Shown here: piece by piece, positions 31,408 to 43,347 of the stretch | Numbering within the stretch: the first letter of the stretch is position 1 | How the letters are laid out: each line of letters starts with the position of its first letter | Translations under genes and position numbers: made by a program | Virus record (IMG/VR): IMGVR_UViG_3300023181_000035 | Coordinates: 1-54,693 of that record | Source of the DNA: a virus | Taxonomy: Duplodnaviria; Caudoviricetes | Length of the DNA: 54,693 nt | Direction: 5' to 3' (one strand) | Notes under the pieces: model-generated | The model's database searches: none | Seen by the model: the letters and a program-made list of their open reading frames with translations, nothing else | Told to the model about the DNA's origin: nothing

Positions 31408-33692
31408 CATTAAAATTAACTGTTTTTCACTCTTTTTGCGCGAAATTTAAACAAAAATATATGAAAATAGAATTAAATCAAGAAGTATTTTTAGTAGGTA
31501 TTGGAAATATTGCACGGTATAATACACCCACTTACAACGCAACAGTTTCTAAAATAGGTAGGAAATGGTTTTATCTTGAAGTTCCCGAAGCATTCTATAT
31601 TGGCCGAGATCATAAGTTTTCATTAGAAGATGGATTATGTGACGGGAAAGGTTACATGCCTGAATGGCAAGTTTATGAATCAGAACAGAATTATAAAGAG
31701 GAAAAAGAAATGCCAATCATAAGGAAAGAAATAATAGACAACCTGAATTTGTCCTATAATGATTTAGTTAAAGTATTAATTTTTATAAAAGAATTATAGT
31801 TATGAAAGAAAAAATAGAACAAAGATTAGCTGTCTACAAAGAAGAAAAAGAAGCTTGGGTAACTAAACAAAAACAGTATCGTTGGACAGCTAAAGAAAAA
31901 GAAGAGGGTTCTACTACTTATGGGTATTATCAGGAACAGGAAGTTATGTATACTAATAAGATATTGGAGTTGGAGTGGGTTTTAGAACTGTTTTCTAATT
32001 CTTTTTCCGCGAAATCCGAACAACCTCGATTTAATGCGCCAAATAAGGACGGAGTATATAAAAGAAATGATTCATTTGATATGTAAATTATGAACAAATA
32101 CGAAAAAATAAGATTAACCTGCATATACTTAGTCCACCACTTGATATTTAACGAGGCAAAAGATTTAAGACATAGTGATGATAAAAGAGCAGAAGATTTA
32201 AAAAAGTGGGTGTTCCAGTATCAAGGAGACATGAACTCTAAAGTAATTGATTTATATTTAAAAAGGTATAAAAAGTTAGGTGTAATTCAATTAAATGATT
32301 TATTCAAAGAAGAGCGTACTAAAATTAGAGAAGCTGTTGGTGAATACTCCTGGTATCCAACTAATGTAACTTGTTGTGCTTCTTGTCACACTGGAACTAG
32401 CTCAACACCAATTGAAGAGATTATTGTTCAGCGAGAGAAATATGGAACTTTTATTTGTCATAATTGTGAAGATACTATTGATAATATTGACAATTACACT
32501 TTTACATTACTTAGCGAAAATGGTTTTTATAGAAATGAAGGATTAACAAGTCCAGATCGAAAATTACTTGGTTTTGGCGGTTCAAGATTTGTTATCAAGC
32601 ACAAGAACGGTTCTGTAACTTTAACTAATGACTTAATCGGTACAAGATCTTTTCATAAATGTTTTTTGCCGAAATTAAAAGATAAAATCAATTGTGAGAT
32701 AATTGGTATCAAAGATTTTAGGCCAAGCACTTTAAGTAAGATACTGACAGAAGAACAGTTGATAAATATCCAACCTCAAATTGAAAGAGCAGGGGAATTA
32801 GGACATACAATTGAGGAAGATAAAGAAGTTACTCGCCGACCTGAATTAATAAAATCTGTTGAAGTAGTTTTGAGTAAACTTACAAATGCAGAATTGGATG
32901 AAATACTAATTAAAACAACTAGTAGGTAATATGAAACTAACAGGACAATGCTTCGAAGCATTCAAACAGTATTGGAAAGATAAGAATATTGCTTTTTCTA
33001 TCTTGGACTCTAAAATAGAAATTATACAACCTCCTTTTCAAAACGCATTATTTATAGACTTTTTTGATTCTCAGGATATTAGAATATGGGTGAGTTACAA
33101 TGACTTCACTAAAAGAATGTTTGACGTTTATATAGATGATGAAAGGTTATTGGGTGCGTACTTAACAAGAGAAGAAGCTTTAGACGCAGGTATAGAAAAA
33201 GCTAATTATCTTTATAATAATTTATCGGAGAATGATAATAAAACTTTAAATAGCTTATGAGTGGGAATAATTTTAATCCAATAATGTTTTTCATAATACC
33301 TTTCTTTGTATGTTGTACAATCTTACTTTGGTTTAAGTATTTAAGTGCGGTATTCGTAGTTTACACAGAAACAAATAATAAAAAAGTTTTAAAGTATATG
33401 ATTTTAACATTAATATCAGGTGCGATAACAGTTAAACTACTTATAAGATGAAAGCAATTGACATATATTTTCTAATATACGGATTTAACCAAGAAGATTA
33501 CGTAATTTCTAATTATGATAACACTTGTATTCGCAATAAAGACTTATTCAAAGCTGGATACGAAGCTAAAAATGAATTGATTCAGAAACGTATTGATCAG
33601 ATAACAACAGAAATAAAAGGTCTGGCCGATGGTTCTATGAAGACAAGTTTTAAACTTAATTCTCTACGCGCCGTTAAAAAAGAACTAAAAAG

Positions 33693-33724
33693 TTTGTTAG
33701 TCTCAGAATAAATATGTAAGTTTA
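33693..33724 (+). promoter_or_regulatory. Bacteroidota-type promoter
   Basis: TTTG-N20-TAAGTTTA. Confidence 0.5.
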
Positions 33725-36090
33725 CAAAAAATAAATAATTATGAAACTATATTTTAGAAATGAAGATTCAACCAATGTAGAAACTATAGAAGATATTCTG
33801 CATGATGCAAAACTTGATGAATTAACGGAAGTAACTGTTTTAGAAGCACATTTGGATAATGATACATCAGAATATATTTGGTGTCAATTATATAATTGTG
33901 TAGAAAGATCCAATTGCAAAAAATCTTTATGTTCTTCTTATGAATCAACATCTGGTAGAGGGAAATGCAAAAACAAAGGCAATTTATATTTTCATGGAAA
34001 TGAAGTAACATTTAAAGTAGAATAATTATGAAAACAGGGAATTGGGTTATTTTTAAAAATGAAAATTGGAATGTGTATAATTTATTGAAAAATGGTAATA
34101 TTGTATTACATCCTGAATCAGATCAAGGAGTGAGTAGTGGATCGCTAATAGAAGTTAGTAGTAGTGAACTTAAAGAATTAACTGTATGCCATTAGGACAA
34201 TCATTCTCACCAATACTAGAAGAAATAGCAGATGCTCTTTTAGAAAATTACGAAACAAAACCTGAATTCACTTTAGAAGGATTCAAGGCTGCACTCTATA
34301 TCTTTCAATCTGCTTTGATGGATAAAATGTATACTCTTCAAACAAATGAAGACATTCCAAATGAAATTAAAATGGATATGGCTTTGAAGTTAGGAGAAGA
34401 TTTAAGAGATTTAGTTAAGACATATTGTAATATTGATACTCATGAACTATACAGTTAATTGGCTATTATTTGGTTTGTTTTTAAACGCTTGCGCTTTCTG
34501 TCTTTTCGCGGAAAATCGATTAAGACCCAGGTTATTCAAAACTATATATGGTGATTGGATACTTTGGTTTACTTGGAGAGGTAAAAGAAAATTTTATATA
34601 ATTTTTAAAGCTTAACGTTTATGGAAAAAATAGAACTTGGAATTGACTACCTTGAACCTTTACAGTTCATTGATCAAACACATGAGGTAACTTTAGATAA
34701 CGGTTATGATGTTATTTTTAATATTACGGCTGAAGTTATTGTATCTGAAAATATTGGCGCAACTTTCTATGATGAAACTCAGAAGTCAATTGAAATCCTA
34801 AATTTGGAAATTGAGATTTTAGAGGTATATTTTGGGGAGGATTTAGTTACTCCTACTGACTCACAAGAAAAAGAAATAAAACAGCAAATTTTAGAAAACA
34901 TAGAATAATGAAAGGAACTTGTTATAGAGCAGTGGAGAACCAAGACGGTACAATACAATTACATGATTTATATATTGATGATGGAACTCACCATAATAAA
35001 CCTTGCTTAGTTTTCACCAAATCTGAATTCGAAGGTACTTGGGATAATGAAGACTACTTGATTAAGTTTTTTCGCGGAATAAAAAAGAATAAGAAAAAAT
35101 ATATTAAGGAACTAAAACAGTTTTGTAAGAGCGAAGACTTTAATTATGGAATTACTTTAAGAGAGTTGCTAGATATTTATTCAGATAGTAAGAAACTAAA
35201 TTTTTGGACTAAAAAAGAAAAGACAATTATAGATCATCAAAAACCTAATTTCCATCAATACTTAATATCTATTGGAAGAAGTTTAAACAACTACAGTTAT
35301 GATCCAATAAAAGTCTTGAATAATGTTCACTATTTTGCCAATTGTTACAATAAGGATATTAAAGTAAGTGATGCACTTGATAATTTTAGTAAGGTATGAG
35401 AAAACAACTTAAAGCAGAAGAGGTATTTTACAATAATTTAATTTCTCTTATAAAGAATACTTTAATCAACGATCCTAATTTTAAAGGGAGTTGGAATGAA
35501 CTAAGTTTCTATGACAGAGAGGGTAAAATTCATTATGGATTATTTGTGGAAAAAGCTAATATTATTTTAGAGGAAATTGAAAAAACTAAACATTTAATCG
35601 AATTTGAAGATAGTTTAGAAGTTCCAGACATTAGAAATAAACTTTCTCCTATAACTAATCTAGTAGCTTTAATTGAAGCAGGTGAGTTTGACTATATAAA
35701 AGAAATAGGTTTAGATGAAGTTAAAAAGAGTGTAAATTATTTAGCACAAAGAGAAGTCTATGAGAATATTAAATAGAGAAGAATTTTTTAAACTTCCAGA
35801 AGGAACAGTTTATTCAGAATATGACCCATTAACTTTCCACAGTATATTCATAAAAGGAGAGCAATTAACTGTTGATTATATAGAATTAGATTTAGTAGGA
35901 AATATTGAGTATAATAATTCAGATGAGTATTGTGAAATACTAGAAGAAGCCAAAGAAGCTGGAAAATCATTTAAATTAGACTTTGAAAATTACGGTAGAA
36001 ATGGAATGTATGCGGATGATCAACTTTATGCCATATATGAAAAAGAAGATATTGAAGGACTTATAAATACTTTAAAAGCTTGTTTATAGT

Positions 36091-37008
36091 ATGAGTTACC
36101 TTGATACAAAAATACAGTTTTATCCCGCGTCTGTATATGAATCTGCGCCAATTGGTGTGTGTACTCTCGCAGATATGCTGGCCAGTATAAAAAATCCAAA
36201 GCCTAAGATACTAGAAACATTTAAATTAATAGAAAAAGCCAGCCTAGAAAAAAATAAAAAAGAAAAAGATCGTTTAAAAGCTACATTATATTACTTCACC
36301 CCTTGCATATGGAGTAACGGTAATTCTAGAAAATATTCAGATATAGTTTCCTGGTCAGGACTAGCAATTTTAGATTTTGATAATTTGGAAGTTGATCAGG
36401 CAATTAAGTTAAAACAGTTTATCTTTGATGAGTATTCTTTTGTAATAGCTTCTTTTTTATCAAGCTCAAAACAAGGAGTTAAAGCAATTGTAAGGATACC
36501 TGTTGTAAAATCAGTGGATGAGTTTAAGAGTTACTTTTACGGTCTTATGGTTACCTTTCAATGGGTACTGGGAGCAGATGCGAGCGCCCAAAATTCATCA
36601 TTGCCAAATTACCTTACATATGACTATGACATATTAATAAGAAATGATGCAACTGTATTCAATAAAACAGGGTATAAAGAAGATGAATTTAAAGTTTATG
36701 AAGGGGAAATAACAATAGTTGATGATGTTTCAGAAGATGACAGAGAAACCATTAAATATATTTTAAGGAAGTCTTTTGAAAAAATAACAGATTCTGGTCA
36801 TTATATTTGTAGAAGTGCTTGTTTAGCTGGATTTGGTTATTGTGGTGCTGGATATTTTGATACAGAAGAAATGAGAGAATACCTCTATGAGTTGATAGAA
36901 GATACTCCTTATTTACAAAGTAAAGTAAAAGCCTATAAACAAACTTGTGACGATATGATAGTACGTGGATTGGGATCACCTTTATATTTAGAAAAACATG
37001 CACAATAA
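36091..37008 (+). CDS. Primase-polymerase (VirE N-terminal/BT4734-like)
   Basis: LKATLYYFTP, SGLAILDFDNL, FLSSSKQGVKAIVRI, D........L.YD. Confidence 0.75.
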   Translation: MSYLDTKIQFYPASVYESAPIGVCTLADMLASIKNPKPKILETFKLIEKASLEKNKKEKDRLKATLYYFTPCIWSNGNSRKYSDIVSWSGLAILDFDNLEVDQAIKLKQFIFDEYSFVIASFLSSSKQGVKAIVRIPVVKSVDEFKSYFYGLMVTFQWVLGADASAQNSSLPNYLTYDYDILIRNDATVFNKTGYKEDEFKVYEGEITIVDDVSEDDRETIKYILRKSFEKITDSGHYICRSACLAGFGYCGAGYFDTEEMREYLYELIEDTPYLQSKVKAYKQTCDDMIVRGLGSPLYLEKHAQ

Positions 37009-38075
37009 ATTTGATTTTATAAGATCTGATTGGAAAACGTACAAATCAAAGTACAAATTAAACTGTAATTTTTGTACAGAACCTCTAATAAGAAAAATTG
37101 AAGAGCAAATTCCGCGGGAAAAGAAAATTGAAATAAAAGATTATGATAAAACTACTAAATAATAAAACGATTAAATTTTATTTGTCAGTAATGCTAAGTG
37201 TATTAAAACTATTATGCTTAAATATGTTACTGTTTTTATTTCTAAGTCTTTTTGGCGCATTTTCCACTAAACCTTATATAGAATTTGTAAAACAGTATTG
37301 GATAAATGATATTCAATTCCTATATTTCTGGATGAGTTTTGCGTTTAGTTTATTAGTGAATTATGTTTATTTAAAATCAGAGTTAAAATGAAAAATAAAT
37401 TATTAGATTGTATAGTAGATGTGGCTTTAGTCTTAGGTATATGCTTCCTGTCTTATTTTGACTTATATGGCTCAGGTTGGTTAATATTCATATTTATTTT
37501 AAAAAATTGCTAATATGGAAGACGAAAAATTAATAGAGCTATACATGAATGGCTTTACAGATGAATTAGAAGGTAAAGAAGATATTAAATTTTATTTAGG
37601 TGATCATCCACTAAAATCTCCAGCTTATAAATTAGGCCGTTTAGATGCCTATTGGGGAGATGATAATCCAAATTTAGATTATCGGTCAAAAGAAGAAATA
37701 ATTAAAATGATACGTAATGAGTAATTTAGTAATTGACGACTATATGTTGTCTAACCAAGAGATAATAGAACACTTAGAAGAAAATGATTATTTAGTAATA
37801 GGCGATTCTGTGAATTCTTTAGACTATGAAGGGAGAGTAATGTTAGAAGAGATAGCTAAGAAGTTTCTTGTTGCTGATTGTTTTTCGCGCGAAAAGATTT
37901 ATAAACAAATAATAAAAGAACAACCTAAAAGTTTAGATGAATATAATTACATGGATTTATTTTATCATTTAGATGACCGAGGATTTGATTTCTTAGATAA
38001 TATTGACAGTCAAGAAATTATTAGCCATATTGAATCTGTAGGATACTATGTAACTGAAGCAAGTAAATATTAAAT

Positions 38076-39662
38076 ATGAAAAAAAGAAAATACACAAAAG
38101 AACAGTTTAATTTTGTCAAGGAGTTAGTTGAAAAAGGTTATGATGTTTCACCTGCCACAAGACTAATGTGTGAAGAATTCAATTTAGAATGCACAGAATC
38201 TACAACTAGAATTTTCCGTAAAAAAATGCAAGACAAAGGGATTACAAATAATGTACAAACTGTTGAAGATACAGATGTATTTAAAGAAGCGCAGAAAAAA
38301 GAGCATGATAAAACTAAGCAAAGATTTTTGATAACCTGGGCTCAAAGCGATACACCTGTACATAAAGGCTTTCTTAAAAATATGGAGGCTTATTCCGATA
38401 AAATTAATGCGCAAATATTAGTAATTGCTGGACGCTACAAATCACCTACATCACTGTCTTCAAGTAAATCGTTAGAAGCAAAAGAGAAAAATTTAAAAAA
38501 TACATGGGATAATTCTATTCTCCCCTATTTAGATGCCGCAAGACATAATCTTCATAAGCATTTAGTAGTTTTATCGGATGTTAAAATACAGCCTACTAGT
38601 TCAATGCCACTTACAGGTTTGAATGGAATTACAGGCTTGGAATCTTGCATTGTTGGCCATCCCAGAGTGCAGTTGAAATCATTACCTGTTGTAGAAGGGT
38701 ATCCAAATAAATTACTTGTAACCACAGGAGCTATAACAGTTGAAAATTATACAGATTCTGCAATTGGTAAAAAGTCAGAGTTCCACCATCAATTAGGATG
38801 TATTGTAGCAGAGTTAGATGGTGATATATTTCATATTAGACATATTACAGCCGATAAGAATGGGGATTTCTATGACTTAATGTATTATGCTCATAAAGGA
38901 GAGATTTTTCAGTCTACCATTTCAGCCGAAGCAATAGTATTTGGAGATTTACATATCACAGAACACAGTCCAGAAGCTGTTGATGGGTCATTCAAATTAG
39001 CCAACCTACTAAACTGTAAAAAAATAATCATCCATGACGCTATAAATTCTCATTCGATTTCCCACCATGAAAGAAAAGACCCATTTCAAATTTTAAGGAG
39101 GGAAGAAGACGGCTCCTGGTCTTTACAGAAAGAGATAGATACTGTTATTAATTGGTTTAAATCTTACCCTGATTATAAATTTATAACCGTAAGATCCAAC
39201 CATTGTGAGTTTTTAGATAGGTGGCTATGTAATGAGGATTGGCGTAAGAACTCTAATAAATTACTTTATTTAAAATTCGCAAATGTTCTAGCTGAAGGAA
39301 AAGCGCCAAAAGGAATAGTGCCTTACATATTTGAAACAGAGCTAGATAATGTATATCCTTTAGCTTTAGACGAGTCTTATAATATTTTAGGATTTGAATT
39401 AAGTATTCATGGTCATGTGGGGGTTCATGGAAGTAGATCTTCACCGACTCAATTAAAAGGACTACCTGTTAGAAATATCACTGGGCATTCACATGTTCCA
39501 AACAGAGTAGATGGCGCTTTATGCGTAGGAACTTTAACTCATTTAAGAGTTGGATATAATAAAGGAGCCTCTGGATGGCTTAATTCTAATGTGGTAATAT
39601 ACAAAAATGGTAAAGCAACGCATGTTAATATCATTAAAGGTAAATTTACTACTCTTATTTAA
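38076..39662 (+). CDS. Calcineurin-like metallophosphoesterase
   Basis: FGDLH, IHD, SNH, IHGH and GHSH motifs in order in the C-terminal half. Confidence 0.75.
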   Translation: MKKRKYTKEQFNFVKELVEKGYDVSPATRLMCEEFNLECTESTTRIFRKKMQDKGITNNVQTVEDTDVFKEAQKKEHDKTKQRFLITWAQSDTPVHKGFLKNMEAYSDKINAQILVIAGRYKSPTSLSSSKSLEAKEKNLKNTWDNSILPYLDAARHNLHKHLVVLSDVKIQPTSSMPLTGLNGITGLESCIVGHPRVQLKSLPVVEGYPNKLLVTTGAITVENYTDSAIGKKSEFHHQLGCIVAELDGDIFHIRHITADKNGDFYDLMYYAHKGEIFQSTISAEAIVFGDLHITEHSPEAVDGSFKLANLLNCKKIIIHDAINSHSISHHERKDPFQILRREEDGSWSLQKEIDTVINWFKSYPDYKFITVRSNHCEFLDRWLCNEDWRKNSNKLLYLKFANVLAEGKAPKGIVPYIFETELDNVYPLALDESYNILGFELSIHGHVGVHGSRSSPTQLKGLPVRNITGHSHVPNRVDGALCVGTLTHLRVGYNKGASGWLNSNVVIYKNGKATHVNIIKGKFTTLI

Positions 39663-39671
39663 CTTACTCTC

Positions 39672-39703
39672 AGTGCTCTTTAATTAGGGCACTTTTTGTT
39701 TTT
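39672..39703 (+). terminator. Rho-independent terminator
   Basis: agtgctct/agggcact stem plus T-tract. Confidence 0.7.
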
Positions 39704-39732
39704 ACTGTTTTTAAATCTTTTTTGCCGAAATA

Positions 39733-39764
39733 TTTGGTAGTATAAAAAACAATCCTTAGATTTG
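39733..39764 (+). promoter_or_regulatory. Bacteroidota-type promoter
   Basis: TTTG-N20-TAGATTTG. Confidence 0.65.
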
Positions 39765-39787
39765 TAAAAATAAAAAAAACAAGATAT

Positions 39788-40252
39788 ATGGACAGAATAA
39801 TCAGTTTAAAATTAAAAGTTTTTCAAGAATTTCAGTTAAATAACCCCACAGCACATTTAGGAGGAAGTTTAGGTTTATTTGTAAGAGGTATAGATTTACT
39901 CCGTGATTTAAGTAAGTCAGACTTAGATGTAACTATTGATGAGTATGATGTAAAGAACTTAGAAAAAGATGCGCTGCATTTAAGTAGCGATTTTAATGAT
40001 TTTGATTTCTGTACTACTAAAACAATTGCAGATAACGGAAATTATGTGAAGATGGATATCAGAGTGAATCCAGAACCATCATTTGAAAGTATTGAATTTG
40101 AAGGCTTTGCGTATAATGTATCTAAATTAAGGGATATTTTATTCTGGAAAAAGAAATATGCTCAAAAAGGAGTTACAAAACATAAGAATGATTTGATAGC
40201 TATAGAGACGGGAGTTAGACCAGAAGACATTGATAATTGGTTAGGATTTTAA
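39788..40252 (+). CDS. Nucleotidyltransferase-like protein (Pol-beta superfamily)
   Basis: LGGSLGL...G......SDLDV...KMDI; C-terminal KH..D. Confidence 0.6.
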   Translation: MDRIISLKLKVFQEFQLNNPTAHLGGSLGLFVRGIDLLRDLSKSDLDVTIDEYDVKNLEKDALHLSSDFNDFDFCTTKTIADNGNYVKMDIRVNPEPSFESIEFEGFAYNVSKLRDILFWKKKYAQKGVTKHKNDLIAIETGVRPEDIDNWLGF

Positions 40253-40848
40253 AATATATAATTATGACAACAGAAGAAATAATGGAAAAATACAATATTA
40301 AATTTTATTAGAATGTATAAAAAAGGAGATAAAGTGTTATACTTAGGAATAGATAAAGGAATAGTGAAAGCTGATCAAGAATACAAAGATTCTGTTTTTG
40401 TAGTTTATTCTTGCTGTGAGGATTGGAGTGATTATGATAATTATACTGCTCAAAACACACCTGCTAATAAACTAACAAAAGGTTGGTCTAAATCAGGTAC
40501 TTCTGAATGGTGTGATGAAAACGGCGGATGTAAGGAATTTCAACCTAGCAATTCTAAATGGTCTGTCGAAGGAACTGTTTATTGTATAGATTGCGGAAGA
40601 AATAATTAAGGAATATATAAAAGTATGAAAGACAGAAAAGAAGCTAAATATTGCGGAGAAACGATAAGAAAAATGCAAGAATATATTTTCAATACAGCTG
40701 AATTTAAAACAGAGCTACCTAATTATAATATTTCTGAGGATTACTTAAAACAAACAATCACATTTTTAAATGAATTATTAAACGAAAACAAATAAATTAT
40801 GTACGCAATAGATGACAGATTATCAACATATTGAAACAATACATAAGG

Positions 40849-41379
40849 ATGAATTATAAAAATACTATATTAGGAACAATAACAGTCATTCTAGGAGTGG
40901 CTGTTTTTTCACTTTATTTCGCGCCGAAAAAGAATTTAAAAAGAACTGTATATTTAGACAAAACAGTTAAAATATTAAACTACACTAACTACAGTGGATT
41001 AGATACAATAATAAACATAACAGCTCAGATACTTAAAATAAAGAATGTAAAGATTGTTAGTGTTCCTTTATATGTAGAAGATGAAGAAATTTATTTTGCT
41101 TACATCCAGGAGAAAGAGGGTTATTACTTAATTAGAGTTAATAGTAAGCTAAGTGAGGATTTATTGATTGAATCGATTTGTCATGAATTAACGCATTTGG
41201 CGCAAGAACAATCAGGCCAGCTAAAAAGACTGTATTATGGATTTTGGTATAATGGAGTTGTCTATCCCTTTTATTGGCCATACTTTGATAGAGAATTTGA
41301 GCTACGTGCTTTCGAAATGGAGTTCTATTTAAAATACGCTGTTAAAGATTTATTATATACAACGAGTCCCCTTCCTTAA
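40849..41379 (+). CDS. Membrane-anchored zincin-like metallopeptidase
   Basis: N-terminal hydrophobic helix; CHELTHLAQ (HExxH) and downstream E..A. Confidence 0.65.
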   Translation: MNYKNTILGTITVILGVAVFSLYFAPKKNLKRTVYLDKTVKILNYTNYSGLDTIINITAQILKIKNVKIVSVPLYVEDEEIYFAYIQEKEGYYLIRVNSKLSEDLLIESICHELTHLAQEQSGQLKRLYYGFWYNGVVYPFYWPYFDREFELRAFEMEFYLKYAVKDLLYTTSPLP

Positions 41380-41395
41380 CTGGTTGGGGATTTTT
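41365..41395. terminator. Terminator at the convergence of the two transcription blocks
   Basis: agtcccc/ggggatt stem plus T-tract between convergent genes. Confidence 0.65.
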
Positions 41396-41401
41396 CGACG
41401 T

Positions 41402-42064
41402 TTAATCTGTTATTTCTACTACCCAACTATGCATGGCTTGATAAACCTTTTCTCCAATCAAGGGTCGCCAATAATTTGCTTTTTCTTTAATATAAGCTTC
41501 TTTAGCGGTTTTATATGCTTGGAAGGCTTCTTCAGATGTGTCAAAAGTTCCTAAATATTTAGTCTTACCGTCTATTTTCATTGAGGTCTTATATCTGTTT
41601 TGGTTTTTTAAATAGTGGACTCCAATAGGGTATTTTCCTCGTATTTTATTGTTTTTAACAAAAAGGGAATTAAGTTCTTGCGGGACAAAACAACAAGTTT
41701 CAGGAGAATAGATTTTGTTACCTTTCACTAAGATATCTTTGTCAAGATGCCAATCAGACATATAAGTCTTAAAATTATCATTATACCAGGAAATAAACGA
41801 TTGAGCATTCTTCCACTCTTCACACAATTCTACTTGTATATAAGTTTTATCCTTAATAAGTCCTTTATTACTGTAACATCTGTACTTAATACCTTTCAAA
41901 ATATGTTTTGCCCTTTTATCCCCATAACTTCTCTTATTATGTATAGTTTTTTCTAAATTAATATATTTTTTAATTATTAAAAGTATTTGGTCTTCATAGT
42001 TTTCTACTACTTTATTAATTCCCAGCTCTTTAATTTTTGTTTCTATTAATAACTTTTTATTCAT
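41402..42064 (-). CDS. HNH-type homing endonuclease with AP2-like domain (paralog of 4709..5500)
   Basis: DKDILVKGNKIYSPETCCFVP, YLGTFDTSEEAFQAY; ATG at 42064. Confidence 0.7.
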   Translation of the reverse strand: MNKKLLIETKIKELGINKVVENYEDQILLIIKKYINLEKTIHNKRSYGDKRAKHILKGIKYRCYSNKGLIKDKTYIQVELCEEWKNAQSFISWYNDNFKTYMSDWHLDKDILVKGNKIYSPETCCFVPQELNSLFVKNNKIRGKYPIGVHYLKNQNRYKTSMKIDGKTKYLGTFDTSEEAFQAYKTAKEAYIKEKANYWRPLIGEKVYQAMHSWVVEITD

Positions 42065-42993
42065 TGAATTTCTTGTTTTATAATTCTTCAAATCTGTTTT
42101 GTTTAACTTCTTTTAACGCGGAGCATACATCATTACACTCACTTAACAACACTTTTAAGGCATCATCTTGTGTTTGACTATAATGAACCTGTATTTTACT
42201 TTTTATTGTCTCTAAATGCTCTATTTGCTTTAATAAGTCGTTGGCTATATTTAAGTTCTCTTTTGTCAAAATTAATTAGTTTTGGTTTGTAATCTTTTTA
42301 AGTCAGCTTTAAATCTCTCGTATTCCGTCCATTCGCAAGCTGAAGAAGTTTCAATATATCTGTGAATTAATTCGTCCACGATTTCATAGTAATCTAGATG
42401 GCGGGTAGAAAATCCTAACTCCTCAAATACTTTCATTTGTTCTTTTTGTTTCTCATTCATAATTACTCTATTTTATATTCTGGTATATCTATCCATCTAC
42501 TTACTACTTCCTGTGAGTTTCTTCCATCAACACAATACCAATTATCACCCTCGTAATGACATATTTTATACATGTTGTAGTTAGGGTTAATTTCGTTCTC
42601 TATATACACTAATTTTGATTTATCATCTTCTGGCAATTCCTCGCCTACTAAATTCCATTTACTCATTTTTATAAGGTTTTATTTCTTCGCATTTTAATTC
42701 ATATGTTTTACTACACCAATGACTAGCTGGTTTTTGATAGGTGTATGTGTATTCAAATTGACCTGTCCAGCCCGTTTCATAAGAATAAAGTCCGTTGTGG
42801 TCTTCTCCATATTCTTTTCCTAAGTGGTACAAAACCAAATCTCCTGTTTTATTTTCACCGTCATCTTTTGTTAGTCGGCCAACTTTATATCTGAAATTTT
42901 TAAGTCTCTCTAATTCATGATCTTGGAATCCGTTTTTAAGTTCTGTGAAGGCTTGAGGATATTTTCTTTTTAACCATTTGTTGAATTCCATAG

Positions 42994-43347
42994 TTATATT
43001 TTAATTATTCTTATTGGTATTTGTTTTTCGTATGCTAAATTAATTGTGTAAGCTGTTCCATTTGAACCCATAGTAAATGCTACTAACATATCTGCATAAT
43101 CAACAATCTGGTGATTTCTTTTTAATGGTGCGACTTTTGGCGGAAACTTGTCATATTCTGGAAGAAATTCTGTTATTTTGTAGTTGTTCTCTTCACAGTA
43201 TCTTTTTATTAAGCTATCACACCCTTTAGCACCACCACTTACAAATTCAATATCTTCTTTAATGTTTTGAATTAAGTGTTCTAATTTTTCGCAGAAATAA
43301 ACATAAGAGTCAAATGTCCTACTTCCTATAACGGCTATCTTTGGCAT
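42994..43347 (-). CDS. SLOG-family (YspA/DprA-like) protein
   Basis: IAVIGSRTF, VSGGAKGCD, PLKRNHQIVDYADMLVAF..GSNGT. Confidence 0.75.
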   Translation of the reverse strand: MPKIAVIGSRTFDSYVYFCEKLEHLIQNIKEDIEFVSGGAKGCDSLIKRYCEENNYKITEFLPEYDKFPPKVAPLKRNHQIVDYADMLVAFTMGSNGTAYTINLAYEKQIPIRIIKI

